A DNA stretch of 64,000 nucleotides from Chloroflexota bacterium. Lineage in GTDB: Bacteria; Chloroflexota; Dehalococcoidia; Lucifugimonadales; UBA3495. This document shows, piece after piece, positions 46,604 through 56,029 of this stretch; the stretch's first letter is position 1, and each line of letters starts with the position of its first letter. Both the position numbers and the translations under genes were made by a program. The stretch lies in the NCBI GenBank assembly GCA_027623675.1, contig JAQBVF010000004.1:32001-96000 (forward strand). The letters run 5' to 3'. The notes below the pieces were generated by a model. It ran no database searches and was not told where the DNA came from. It saw only the letters and a list, made by a program, of their open reading frames with translations.

Positions 46604-47803
46604 CTACCGGGCGATCCCGTAGGCCACCGCTTGCACTTCCTTGTCCTCGTCTTGCCGCATCCGGTTGCCTAAGGCGACTATCATGGCGCCCATGGCGGTA
46701 TCCGACCAGAACCACTCGTGGATCTCACGGTCGGCGCCGTCGGGCCTCTGGGCCATGCGGGCCTCATAGTAGAAGGCCTTTAGGTCGTCAACACAATAGC
46801 GGATGAACTGGGGAACGGTGAAATCCTGAGGCCGTTCTTTCATGTCGGTCTCTTCGCCGCTGATGTAGCCCTCGAGGAACCGGATAACCCCCCGGAACCG
46901 CCGCTGCGGAATGGTGCTCAGTCCCACGGCTGTCCGCCCGGCGTGGGCGTTGCTCCACTGCTCGTAGTAGGCCCGCAGTGAAGTTAGTTCGTCGGCCGCG
47001 TTAAGATTTTCTTTCTCAGAGGTGTTGGTTCTTTCGGAACCCTGAATCAGGATGTCCGGGACCATATCGTCGGGAAGCTGCTCCAGGACCGGCCCTTCTT
47101 GGCGGTCTAGGAGGTCGAAAGTGGCCTGCAATACCCGGTGCTGGTATTCCGGGTTGTCGGGCTCGCCCAAGGCATTCCCGAAGAAGAAGGGCACGGCCAA
47201 CATGCGGGGCGGTTTCACCCGCTGGGCATGTTCCTCGATCAGGACGATCCCGGTGGTGGTCAGCCCAAACTCTTCAAGCACACGCGCAATCACGCTTACA
47301 GCGTGAGAGCAGGCCGGTCAAGTTGGGGTCAGCAGCACCACCTCAACGCCCTCGGCCTTGAGACGACGCGCGACCTCCGGCCCCGACTCCTCGATGATTC
47401 CAGTCACGTTCCGAAGCGCGCCCATGAAGGAGTAATAGTTGTCCGACAGGGAGCCAATCTTCCCCTGATCGACCAACTCAGGCAGGCGGTCGATGGGGAA
47501 GGTGACGTTGATGTCTCGGTAGATGCCGGTATGGTCGAACCCGATACTGGTGTGGCTCTGGATGATGTCGGCGGCGCCGGCGCTGCGAGGGATGACCCGG
47601 AAGGACGTGTCCCCGCCTCCTTTGTGGTCGGCGATGAAGGGTTTGTCGCCCCGCACATGCAGCCCCGCCGTGGTAACCAGGCCCAGTTTGCTCTTGGACA
47701 GCGGTTTGGCCATGGGGGTCCACGGAGTGTCGTCATGCTCAACGCACGGCCACATCAACATGCTCTTTCTCTGAATCTCGCTCAGGGCCGATAGCTTTGG
47801 CAT
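46604..47803 (-). CDS. GrdB/PrdB-like selenoprotein B family protein (UxxC, U162) fused to a C-terminal helical domain
   Basis: LVTTAGLH, GDTSFRVIP, DINVTFP.DRL.EL...G.IG, FMG, VLLTPT-TGA-PACSHAVS.IAR.LE..G..T; TGA at 47318-47320, both track ORFs in frame. Confidence 0.92.
47286..47317 (-). promoter_or_regulatory. Bacterial SECIS-like element (GrdB-like gene)
   Basis: TCACGCT-GTA-AGCGTGA hairpin, GU at +19/+20 after TGA. Confidence 0.7.
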
Positions 47804-48010
47804 AACAACTCCTAGATAGCCGACGATAACGGCTAAATTTCCAGTGCGAATCGCCCTAAAAGTATGCCCTGGCCCAGGGGATGTCAAGCGTGGCGGTCGA
47901 TACCCACCGGGCGCGTCCTGCGTTTTCCATCACCGCCAGTTATAATGAGCGCCAGATAATTCACCGGATTTTGGGATACCCCCAGAGCAACAGGAGCCAG
48001 AGAAGCCTAA

Positions 48011-49381
48011 ATGGCCGCAACCATCGTCATCGCAGGGGTCCGCAGCGGTGTGGGCAAGACCACCATCGCCAGCGGTATCATGGGCGCTCTCCACCGGCGG
48101 GGCCTGAAGGTTCAGCCGTTCAAGGCCGGCCCCGATTACATCGACCCCTCCTACCACAAACTGGCTTGCGGCGTCCCCAGCCGCAACCTGGACACCTGGC
48201 TCTGCCAACACGACACGGTGCTTGAGCTGTTTCAGAGGGCCAGCGCGGGGAGCGGCGTATCCGTTGTGGAAGGCGTCATGGGCGTTTTTGACGGCCACTC
48301 CAGCCTTACCGAAGAGGGCTCCACCGCCCAACTGGCCAAACTGCTGGGAGCGCCGGTGATTCTCATCGCCGACGCCGCCAAGGTTGCCCGCAGCGTGGCG
48401 GCCGAGGTGCTGGGCTACCAACAGTTCGATCCGGACCTGAACGTGGCCGGAGTGATCCTGAACGGCGTGGGCAGTGACCGGCATCTGGAGTTCTGCAAAC
48501 CTCAGATCGAAGCCACCACCGGGATCCCCGTCCTTGGCTACCTGCCCCGGAAGGACGAGTTCATCCAGCCGGAACGCCATCTGGGGCTGATACCAACGGT
48601 TGAAGGCACAGTGGCCCGGCAGTGGTATGACAGCGTCATCGCCCAGATCGAGGCGACCATGGATGTGGATGCCATACTGAGGCTGGCCCAAACGGCTAAG
48701 ACGCCAACCGCCAGCTCTTCGGTATACCCTGAGACATCGATCCCGGCCCGGACAACCATAGCGGTGGCCCAGGACAAGGCGTTCAATTTCTACTACCAGG
48801 ACTCTCTAGACCTATTGGAAGCATGGGGGGCGGAGCTGGCCCCGTTCAGCCCGCTGGAAGACGGCAAACTGCCGGCGGGAGTAGGAGGCATCTACCTGGG
48901 CGGAGGATTCCCCGAACTGTTCGCCGCCCAACTTGCCGCGAACAAGCCGATGCACGAGTCGGTGCGGCAAGCGGTGGCCAGGGGCGTGCCGGTCTACGCT
49001 GAATGCGGCGGCCTGATGTACCTGGGAAAGAGCCTGTCTGACCTGGAGGGCGCAACGCACCCCATGGTCGGCGTCATACCGGCGGAGTCGGCCATGTCCC
49101 AGACCCGCTTGACCCTGGGGTACCGCGAGGTCGAGTCATGCTCCGACAATCCGGTGCTGACGACGGGACAGCGGGTGCGGGGGCATGAATTTCACTGGTC
49201 AACCCTGGCCGAGCAGCCAAGACCGGACGAATCGGTGTATAAAGTGGTGGACCAGGGCGACCGTCTCGACGGTTTCCGCACCGGCAATGTGTGGGCGTCT
49301 TACGTGCACATCCACCTGGGCAGCCGCCCCGGCCTGGCCACCAGGTTCGTCGAGACCTGCGCCGGCGCCGGCGGCAGCTAA
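48011..49381 (+). CDS. cbiA: Cobyrinate a,c-diamide synthase
   Basis: SGVGKTT, FKAGPDYIDP, EGVMG.FDG, ERHLGL, GGFPE, YAECGG, GHEFH, SYVHIH. Confidence 0.95.
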   Translation: MAATIVIAGVRSGVGKTTIASGIMGALHRRGLKVQPFKAGPDYIDPSYHKLACGVPSRNLDTWLCQHDTVLELFQRASAGSGVSVVEGVMGVFDGHSSLTEEGSTAQLAKLLGAPVILIADAAKVARSVAAEVLGYQQFDPDLNVAGVILNGVGSDRHLEFCKPQIEATTGIPVLGYLPRKDEFIQPERHLGLIPTVEGTVARQWYDSVIAQIEATMDVDAILRLAQTAKTPTASSSVYPETSIPARTTIAVAQDKAFNFYYQDSLDLLEAWGAELAPFSPLEDGKLPAGVGGIYLGGGFPELFAAQLAANKPMHESVRQAVARGVPVYAECGGLMYLGKSLSDLEGATHPMVGVIPAESAMSQTRLTLGYREVESCSDNPVLTTGQRVRGHEFHWSTLAEQPRPDESVYKVVDQGDRLDGFRTGNVWASYVHIHLGSRPGLATRFVETCAGAGGS

Positions 49382-49454
49382 GAAATTTTCGAATATCGCA
49401 GGGGACGCCCGCGGCCCCATGCCCGGCGTCGAACCGGCGGTATCAGGATAAATT

Positions 49455-50057
49455 ATGAGTACGGACAAACCGGCAGAACAGAGCCCCAACACGGCAGCCG
49501 AAGCAGCCGAAGGACCTCAATCGGTCACCGGCCCCAGGATCAACAAAGGTCTGTTGATCGTCAACACCGGCAAGGGCAAGGGCAAGACCACAGCCGCCAT
49601 GGGCGTTGCGATGCGCGCCTGGGGCCGCGACATGAAGGTCATAATCCTGCAGTTCATCAAGCACTCTACCGCCAATTTCGGCGAGCAGCGGGCCGCCCAT
49701 AAGATGGGCATCGAGATTCGAGCCATGGGCGACGGCTTCACCTGGCGTTCCAAAGACCTGGACCAGTCCGCCGACCTGGCGCGTGCCCAGTGGGAAGACT
49801 GCAAAGAAGTGATAGCGTCAGGCGACTACGATCTGGTGGTCCTAGACGAGTTCACCTACCCCATGCACTACGGATGGGTCGACACCGAAGAGGTGATTCA
49901 GACGCTTAAAGCCCGCCCCGAGATGCAGCATGTGATCATCACCGGCCGCAACGCCCCCGAAGCCCTCATGGAATACGCCGACCTGGTCTCCGAGATGCAG
50001 GTCATTAAGCACCCCTACCAACAGGGCATCAAAGCCCAACCGGGCATCGAGTTTTAG
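49455..50057 (+). CDS. cobO: Cob(I)yrinic acid a,c-diamide adenosyltransferase (CobO/BtuR)
   Basis: [42 protein letters not shown]. Confidence 0.96.
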   Translation: MSTDKPAEQSPNTAAEAAEGPQSVTGPRINKGLLIVNTGKGKGKTTAAMGVAMRAWGRDMKVIILQFIKHSTANFGEQRAAHKMGIEIRAMGDGFTWRSKDLDQSADLARAQWEDCKEVIASGDYDLVVLDEFTYPMHYGWVDTEEVIQTLKARPEMQHVIITGRNAPEALMEYADLVSEMQVIKHPYQQGIKAQPGIEF

Positions 50058-50103
50058 TCCAGGCTGGTTGATTCAGATTCAGCCCGGCCAACGGAGGTTG
50101 AAT

Positions 50104-50733
50104 ATGCCGACTCCAACGTTTGAAGAAGTCTGGGAAAGGCTTAAAGAATTGGAAGGCAAGACCATCATTACGCTGGGAGTCAAACGTCCTAATCGCATCG
50201 TTGGATTCTCGGCAAGCAAAATGATTCGGCAGACGCGAACCAGCGACGGAAAGGGATGGAAGGAACCCACGGTTGTGCCAAAAAGCGCTTTTCGTGCTAT
50301 TTGGGAGAAATTAGCTGAAACCGGGGTTTGCGAGATTAGTGAAGCCAAGGGGGGATGGTATGTTGCAGCCGCATGCCTGGTCGAAGTCCCCAAGTTGGGC
50401 GTCGAATTGCTGCTGGAGAGGAAACATCCAACCATCGAACTCAAAGATTGGCAACGCACGCCCAATGTCGAAACTCGAATGAACAATGTTGACGAGGACC
50501 ATGATGGGTTCGGCGATCTTGACCGGATTGTGGTTGACCCGGACATATGCAGTGGAAAGCCGACCATCCGGGGTACCCGAATCATGGTTACCAATATTCT
50601 CGGGATGATGGCCGGAGGTTACTCGGCAGCAGGCGTTATCGAGAGCTATCCTGAATTGACTAAAGCCGACGTTTCGGCAGCCTTAGATTATGCCTCCCAG
50701 ATCGTAAACGAGGAAAAGGTAATTGCCCGGTAG
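50104..50733 (+). CDS. DUF433 antitoxin domain fused to an unknown N-terminal domain
   Basis: C-terminal RIVVDPDICSGKPTIRGTRI.V..IL...A.G......YP.L...D..AAL.YA; visibly lower GC. Confidence 0.85.
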   Translation: MPTPTFEEVWERLKELEGKTIITLGVKRPNRIVGFSASKMIRQTRTSDGKGWKEPTVVPKSAFRAIWEKLAETGVCEISEAKGGWYVAAACLVEVPKLGVELLLERKHPTIELKDWQRTPNVETRMNNVDEDHDGFGDLDRIVVDPDICSGKPTIRGTRIMVTNILGMMAGGYSAAGVIESYPELTKADVSAALDYASQIVNEEKVIAR

Positions 50734-51124
50734 TGATGAACCGCCGGTCATTCGAGTCCTTCTGGACCAAAATGTTCCGCGGGAGATTGGCACCTGGTTG
50801 GGGCAATCAAAGCCCGGGTGGCAGATCTCCCACACCAGTAGTGTGGCTCTTGACGGGGAGCCAGATTCAGCCGTGTACCGATGGGCACAAGACCACGAAG
50901 CCGTCGTCGTGACGTTTGACGGGGACTTCGCGGACCGCCGTGGATTTGCAGTTGGCATCCATTATGGAATAATTCGTCTTCGAGTGTGGCCCACCACCGT
51001 GGAAGAGACTATCTTGGCATTGCAACGGCTTTTTGAGGCTGTGGCAGACTGCGAGATCGTTGGTGCCTTGATAATCGTAGGACGGAACACCATAAGGGTC
51101 CGCTCGCTTAGACGACCAAGTTGA
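50723..51124 (+). CDS. DUF5615/Mut7-C-like PIN-domain toxin
   Basis: VLLDQNVP, D..V..WA, VVVTFDGDF, H.GII.LR, RVR.L; overlaps the DUF433 gene. Confidence 0.85.
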   Translation: MPGSDEPPVIRVLLDQNVPREIGTWLGQSKPGWQISHTSSVALDGEPDSAVYRWAQDHEAVVVTFDGDFADRRGFAVGIHYGIIRLRVWPTTVEETILALQRLFEAVADCEIVGALIIVGRNTIRVRSLRRPS

Positions 51125-51140
51125 GAATAGGAGGGCCGCA

Positions 51141-52229
51141 TTGGCTATCTCAGACCTTATTGACCGCACGATAAGCGAAATCGTGCCCCTGGACGAGGAC
51201 GCAATGTCCGCCGCCCGGGCCAGGCAGGACCAACTTACCAAGCCCCTCGGCAGCCTGGGCCGCTTGGAAGACCTTTCGGTACAGCTCGCCGGGATCTTCG
51301 GTCAGGCTACCCCCAGCATCGGCAAGAGGACCGTCATCTTGGCGGCCGGCGACCACGGCGTGGTTGCCGAGGGCATCAGCGCCTACCCGCAGGACGTGAC
51401 CCCGGCCATGGTGATGAACTTCCTGGGCGGCGGTGCAGCCATCAACGCGCTGGCGAAGCACGCCGGGGCCGACATCGTGGTCATCGACGCGGGGGTAGCC
51501 GCCGACCTGCCGCCGCACCCGTCCCTCCGCTCGGCCAAAGTCGGGCCGGGCACCGCCAACATCGCCGTCGGGCCGGCCATGACCCGGGAGCAGGCGATTC
51601 AATGCCTGGAGATAGGCATTCAGGCGGCCACGGAGCAGATCGCAGCCGGCGCTGACCTGATCGGTTGCGGCGATATGGGCATCGGCAACACCACCCCATC
51701 ATCCGCAATCACCTCGGTGATCACCGGAGCAGCTACCGACGTCACCACCGGAAGGGGCACCGGCCTGGACGACACCGGCCTGGCCCACAAGGCTTCAGTC
51801 GTCCAGCGGGCCATCGACGTCAACCGCCCCGACCCCAAGGACGGCCTGGACGTACTGATGAAGGTTGGCGGGTTCGAGATCGGCGTGCTGGCCGGCGTGT
51901 TCCTTGGGGCCGCGGCCGGTCATCGTCCCGTGGTGGTTGACGGGTTCATATCCGGCGCGGCGGCGCTCATCGCCTACACCATCGCCCCCGAGGCCGTACA
52001 CCGGTTCATCGCGTCCCACCAATCGGTTGAGCCCGGACACCGCCTCGCCCTCGCCCACATGGAACTGAGCCCGTTGCTGGACCTGGGAATGAGGCTGGGT
52101 GAAGGCACCGGAGCAGCCCTGTCCATGCACATCATCGAAGCGGCGGCGAATTGCCTTTCCGGCATGGCCACCTTCGCCGAGGCCGGTGTCTCCGGGAAGA
52201 TCGAAGACGGCGAGGAGGCTGGCTCCTGA
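51141..52229 (+). CDS. cobT: Nicotinate-nucleotide--dimethylbenzimidazole phosphoribosyltransferase
   Basis: LTKPLGSLGRLE, DHGV, GGAAIN, MGIGNTT, GGFEI, DGFI, RLGEGTGA, MATF. Confidence 0.97.
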   Translation: MAISDLIDRTISEIVPLDEDAMSAARARQDQLTKPLGSLGRLEDLSVQLAGIFGQATPSIGKRTVILAAGDHGVVAEGISAYPQDVTPAMVMNFLGGGAAINALAKHAGADIVVIDAGVAADLPPHPSLRSAKVGPGTANIAVGPAMTREQAIQCLEIGIQAATEQIAAGADLIGCGDMGIGNTTPSSAITSVITGAATDVTTGRGTGLDDTGLAHKASVVQRAIDVNRPDPKDGLDVLMKVGGFEIGVLAGVFLGAAAGHRPVVVDGFISGAAALIAYTIAPEAVHRFIASHQSVEPGHRLALAHMELSPLLDLGMRLGEGTGAALSMHIIEAAANCLSGMATFAEAGVSGKIEDGEEAGS

Positions 52230-53029
52230 TCTCCGGCTGGCTCAATTCCCTCAGATTGGCGGTGACCTTCCTCACCATCTTCCCGGCCTCGCGCGGCCTG
52301 GACATCGGCCCGAAAGACATCAGCAACTCCCGGGCCTTCTACCCCGCCGTGGGGCTGCTGATGGGCCTGCTCTTGGTTGGCGTCGAATACGGTTCCAGCC
52401 GGCTGTTCCCCGAGCCGTTGACCGCCGCGCTTCTGGTGGCGGTCATGGTCATCGTCACACGGGCACTCCACCTGGACGGACTGATGGATGTGTGCGACGG
52501 CGTATTCGGCGGCTTCACCCCGGAACGGCGTTTGGAGATCATGCGCGACTCCCGGGTGGGAGCGTTCGGCGTGGCGGGCGGCGTGACCCTCCTGTTGCTG
52601 AAGTACGGCGCATTGCTCGCCTTGCTGACCCTGCGTGAGCCCGGCAAGGAATGGGCGTTGCTGCTGTTTCCGGCCCTCTCCCGGTGGACTATGGTGGTCC
52701 TGCTGGGGGCCTTCCCATACATCAGGTCGGCGGGATTGGGGTCGCCTTTCCACGGGGTCGATACCAAGAAATCCACCGGATTCGCCGGCCTCACCGCCTT
52801 GGCAGCCGCTGTCCTGTTGGGCGGGTTCGCCGGGCTGGGTCTATTCTTCGGCGTCGTCGTCCTGGCATGGTTCCTGGGTTGGGCCATGGCCAAGTCCCTG
52901 GGTGGGCTATCCGGCGACACCTACGGCGCAACCAACGAGATGATCGAGACCGTGGTCATCATTGCCGCCGTCGCCCTGGCAGGCCAGGAATGGCTGGAAC
53001 CGCTGCCCAACCTGCTGGACCGTTTGTGA
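52226..53029 (+). CDS. cobS: Adenosylcobinamide-GDP ribazoletransferase (cobalamin synthase), probable CTG start
   Basis: FLTIFP, LHLDGL.D..DG, RLEIMRDSRVGAFG, GG.SGDTYGA; GAGGAGG SD 7 nt before CTG, which overlaps the cobT TGA. Confidence 0.93.
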   Translation: MISGWLNSLRLAVTFLTIFPASRGLDIGPKDISNSRAFYPAVGLLMGLLLVGVEYGSSRLFPEPLTAALLVAVMVIVTRALHLDGLMDVCDGVFGGFTPERRLEIMRDSRVGAFGVAGGVTLLLLKYGALLALLTLREPGKEWALLLFPALSRWTMVVLLGAFPYIRSAGLGSPFHGVDTKKSTGFAGLTALAAAVLLGGFAGLGLFFGVVVLAWFLGWAMAKSLGGLSGDTYGATNEMIETVVIIAAVALAGQEWLEPLPNLLDRL

Positions 53030-53979
53030 TGTATTCCGGATATGACGATCTGGCGGTTTTGGCTCTGGCGGTCGCCCTGGACCTGATCTTTGGGGAGCCG
53101 CCCATGTGGGCCCACCCCACGGTCTGGATCGGGCGGCATATCGGGTTCCTGGAGAAGCGTGCGCCCAGGGAAGGCTTTGCCGGTCTGGCGGCGGGTGTGA
53201 TCATCGCCCTGACCCTGCCTATCTTCTGGGGAGTCGTCATGTACCTGGTGGCGGTGGGATTGAAGGAGATTCACACGGTGGTCTACATCCTGGTCGGCGC
53301 TGCCCTGCTTAAGACCACATTCTCTGTCCGGCTGCTGCACCGGGAGGCGGAACTGGTCCGGGGGCACCTGGACCGGGGAGACATGGACCAGGTGCGGGCG
53401 CGGATGCCTTCGTTGGTCAGCCGCGACCCGGGCAGCCTGACCGCCGAACAGGCCACCGCCGCCACGGTTGAGTCGGTGTCGGAGAACATCAACGACAGCT
53501 TTCTGGCGCCCTGGTTGTTCTTCGCCATCTTCGGGCTGCCTGGGGCGTTTGCCTACCGGGCGGTGAACACGCTGGACAGTATGATAGGCTACCGGGGCGT
53601 GTACGAGCGCTTGGGCAAGGCCTCGGCCCGGTTGGACGACCTGCTGAACCTCGTCCCGGCGCGGCTGGCCGGGCTGCTCTTGGTGGCGGCCAGCGGCTTC
53701 CTGCCGGGGCAGCGTATAGGCGGGGCCTGGAGCGCCATGTGGCGGCACCACGGCCGCACCCAGAGTCCCAACGCCGGCTGGACCATGAGCGGCATGGCCG
53801 GGGCGCTGGGGGTGCAGCTTGAGAAGGTCGATCCGAAGGCCGGCTACAAACTGGGCGACCCGGACCGGCCCCTGGAACCCCAAGACATCCGCCGCGCGGT
53901 CCAGTCCATGTACCTGGTTGGCTTTTTCGGGGTGATCATCGCCCTGGCCGTGGTCTACGCCCGTGGCAGTATCCTTTAG
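53029..53979 (+). CDS. cbiB: Adenosylcobinamide-phosphate synthase CbiB
   Basis: D..FGEP...HP, LVSRD, ESVSEN..D, YRAVNTLDSMIGY, ARLDD..N.VPARL, SPNAG. Confidence 0.95.
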   Translation: MYSGYDDLAVLALAVALDLIFGEPPMWAHPTVWIGRHIGFLEKRAPREGFAGLAAGVIIALTLPIFWGVVMYLVAVGLKEIHTVVYILVGAALLKTTFSVRLLHREAELVRGHLDRGDMDQVRARMPSLVSRDPGSLTAEQATAATVESVSENINDSFLAPWLFFAIFGLPGAFAYRAVNTLDSMIGYRGVYERLGKASARLDDLLNLVPARLAGLLLVAASGFLPGQRIGGAWSAMWRHHGRTQSPNAGWTMSGMAGALGVQLEKVDPKAGYKLGDPDRPLEPQDIRRAVQSMYLVGFFGVIIALAVVYARGSIL

Positions 53980-53996
53980 CAGCGATAGCATATTAG

Positions 53997-55139
53997 ATGT
54001 CCGACCAACAACCAGATAACGCGGTGGGCCGCCCCGTCCATGGGGGTTTGAAGCCCAGAGAACTGCGCGACCTTGGCCTTAATCCTGAAGACCTGGTGGA
54101 TTTCAGCGCCAGCATCAGCCCCATCGGCCCTCCCGAAGGCGTCTGGGAGGCCATCCGTAGCGTGGACCTGAGCGCCTATCCCGACCCCGAATGCCTAGAC
54201 CTGCGCGAGGCTATCTGCCGGCACATCTCGACGCCCTCCCGCCAGATCCCCATAGAACGGGTGCTGGTGGGCAACGGTTCCACCGAGATATTCCACCTGC
54301 TCACCCGGGTTTACCTTTCGCCGGCCAACTCCGCTGTTTTGCTAACGCCGACCTACGGCGAATACGACGGCGCTTGCCGCCTGTCCGGGGCAACTGTATT
54401 TAACCTTGAGGCCGACCTGACCGGCGGTTTCCGGTGGGACATGGAAGCGGCTGCCATTCTGATCGCCGCCGAGCGGCCCAAGCTGGTGATCGTCTGCAAC
54501 CCCAACAATCCAACCGGCGTCTACCTGGATCTGGGGGAGATCGAGGCGCTGGCCAAGGCCGCGGATGATGCCGGCAGCCTGCTGGTTGTGGACGAGGCCT
54601 ATCTGGCCTTCGTGGCAGACCCGTGGGACTCCCTGGCGCTGCTGCACCGTCCCAACGTTATGCTGGTGCGCTCCATGACTAAAGACTACGCCCAGACCGC
54701 CCTTCGCCTGGGGTACGCTCTGGCCTCTGAGGATGTGGTCGCCCGGCTCCGGGCCTACCAGCCCGATTGGAGCGTCAACGGCCTTGCTCAGAAGGCGGGC
54801 ATATCAGCCCTGGAAGATGCGGGGTATCTGCCCAGGGCAAGGGAAGCCGTTTTCTCAGCCAAGGCGTATCTGACCGCCGAATTCCAGGCGCTGGGTTTGG
54901 AAGTCCCCCAATCCGATGCCAACTTCCTGTTGGTCCGCGTCGGTAACGCAGCCACGTGGCGGGCATCACTGCTGGCCAAAGGAGTGGTGGTGCGCGACTG
55001 TGCATCGTTCGGCCTCCCCGAGTACATCCGCGTCGGAGTCCGGGCCATGGCTGACTGCCGGGTGTTGGCGGCCGCGGTGGCCGACGTTGCACGGTCCGCC
55101 GGTCTGGGCGCCCTTGATGATTCGAAGCCTGGCGATTAG
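53997..55139 (+). CDS. cobD: Threonine-phosphate decarboxylase CobD / HisC-like PLP enzyme
   Basis: VHGG, DFSASISP.G, YPD, GNGSTE, CNPNNPTG, VDEAY, RSMTK, LRLGY, RDC.SF; cob operon context. Confidence 0.85.
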   Translation: MSDQQPDNAVGRPVHGGLKPRELRDLGLNPEDLVDFSASISPIGPPEGVWEAIRSVDLSAYPDPECLDLREAICRHISTPSRQIPIERVLVGNGSTEIFHLLTRVYLSPANSAVLLTPTYGEYDGACRLSGATVFNLEADLTGGFRWDMEAAAILIAAERPKLVIVCNPNNPTGVYLDLGEIEALAKAADDAGSLLVVDEAYLAFVADPWDSLALLHRPNVMLVRSMTKDYAQTALRLGYALASEDVVARLRAYQPDWSVNGLAQKAGISALEDAGYLPRAREAVFSAKAYLTAEFQALGLEVPQSDANFLLVRVGNAATWRASLLAKGVVVRDCASFGLPEYIRVGVRAMADCRVLAAAVADVARSAGLGALDDSKPGD

Positions 55140-55200
55140 AATCTAGGCTGATACCCGGGTTCCCAAGTACGAACCAACCGAACGTTAGGAGTCTCCTGCC

Positions 55201-55815
55201 ATGACTACTACTCGACAGACCAGTACCGGACTGACCGTTGGAGATAGCACATTCAACGAGGCATTCGGCGCCCCATCCGACCGGGCAGTCCTCAAGCTCA
55301 AGTCCCATATGACCCCCTACGTTCAGGAGTTCATCCGCGCCGCTCCCTTCGCCGTCATGGCCACCGCCGGTGAAGATGGCCGCTGCGATGCCTCCCCCAA
55401 GGGCGGCAAGCCCGGTTTCGTCAAGGTGCTGGACGAGAAGCGCCTCCTGTTCCCCGATGTGGCCGGCAACCGGCTCTTCCAGTCCTACCAGAATATCGAG
55501 GGCAACCCCTATATCGCTCTGCTGTTCTGCATACCAGGCATCAACGACACTGTCCGCGTCAACGGCAAGGTCACCATCGTCAATAGAGAGGAACTCCAAC
55601 GGCAGAACATCGAACTGTCCCTCTACGAGACCGACGACAACTCCAAGCACCTACAAGGGATGCTCGTTGAGGTTGAAGAGTCCTACGGACATTGCCCCCG
55701 GGCCTTCAAATTCTCCAAGCTCTGGGACCCCGGCGAGATCGCCAAGAATCAGTCATCTTCGCCCATCCCAGAACGCACGGATGAGAACTACTACAGCCAC
55801 CAAGAGGGCGCATAG
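55201..55815 (+). CDS. Pyridoxamine 5'-phosphate oxidase-like FMN-binding protein
   Basis: DASPKGG.PGFV, PD..GN, N...NP...LLF..PG...T.RVNG, HCPRA. Confidence 0.85.
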   Translation: MTTTRQTSTGLTVGDSTFNEAFGAPSDRAVLKLKSHMTPYVQEFIRAAPFAVMATAGEDGRCDASPKGGKPGFVKVLDEKRLLFPDVAGNRLFQSYQNIEGNPYIALLFCIPGINDTVRVNGKVTIVNREELQRQNIELSLYETDDNSKHLQGMLVEVEESYGHCPRAFKFSKLWDPGEIAKNQSSSPIPERTDENYYSHQEGA

Positions 55816-55853
55816 CCGGCAGAGACCGGCAGTAGATCGAGAGGAAATCATGG

Positions 55854-55886
55854 GAGGCGCCGGACATTTGTCCGGCGCCTCTTTTT
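55854..55886 (+). terminator. Intrinsic terminator
   Basis: GAGGCGCCGGACA-TT-TGTCCGGCGCCTC-TTTTT. Confidence 0.85.
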
Positions 55887-56029
55887 CGCGTTTGGAACCA
55901 GTCTGAAAAGGTCTTTAGAACCCTCCTGGTGGGAGGAATTTCTTGGGGCCGGTCTCGGTTTACAACGACGATGACCCACCGTAAGATGGGGTGAAACCTC
56001 TAACCCGAATCAACCAAGGATTTCTGCAG

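Noticed and set aside
32263..47803. Alternative genetic code (UGA=Trp or Gly) as the explanation for in-frame TGAs
   Set aside because: Many genes end at TGA with ATGA/GTGA overlaps, Trp is TGG throughout, and the internal TGAs fall only at Cys-equivalent positions.
47820..48010. Cobalamin riboswitch upstream of cbiA (also checked before the BtuF-like gene)
   Set aside because: No B12-box or GGGAA/GCCACTG-type core is recognisable; the spacer is filled by divergent promoters.
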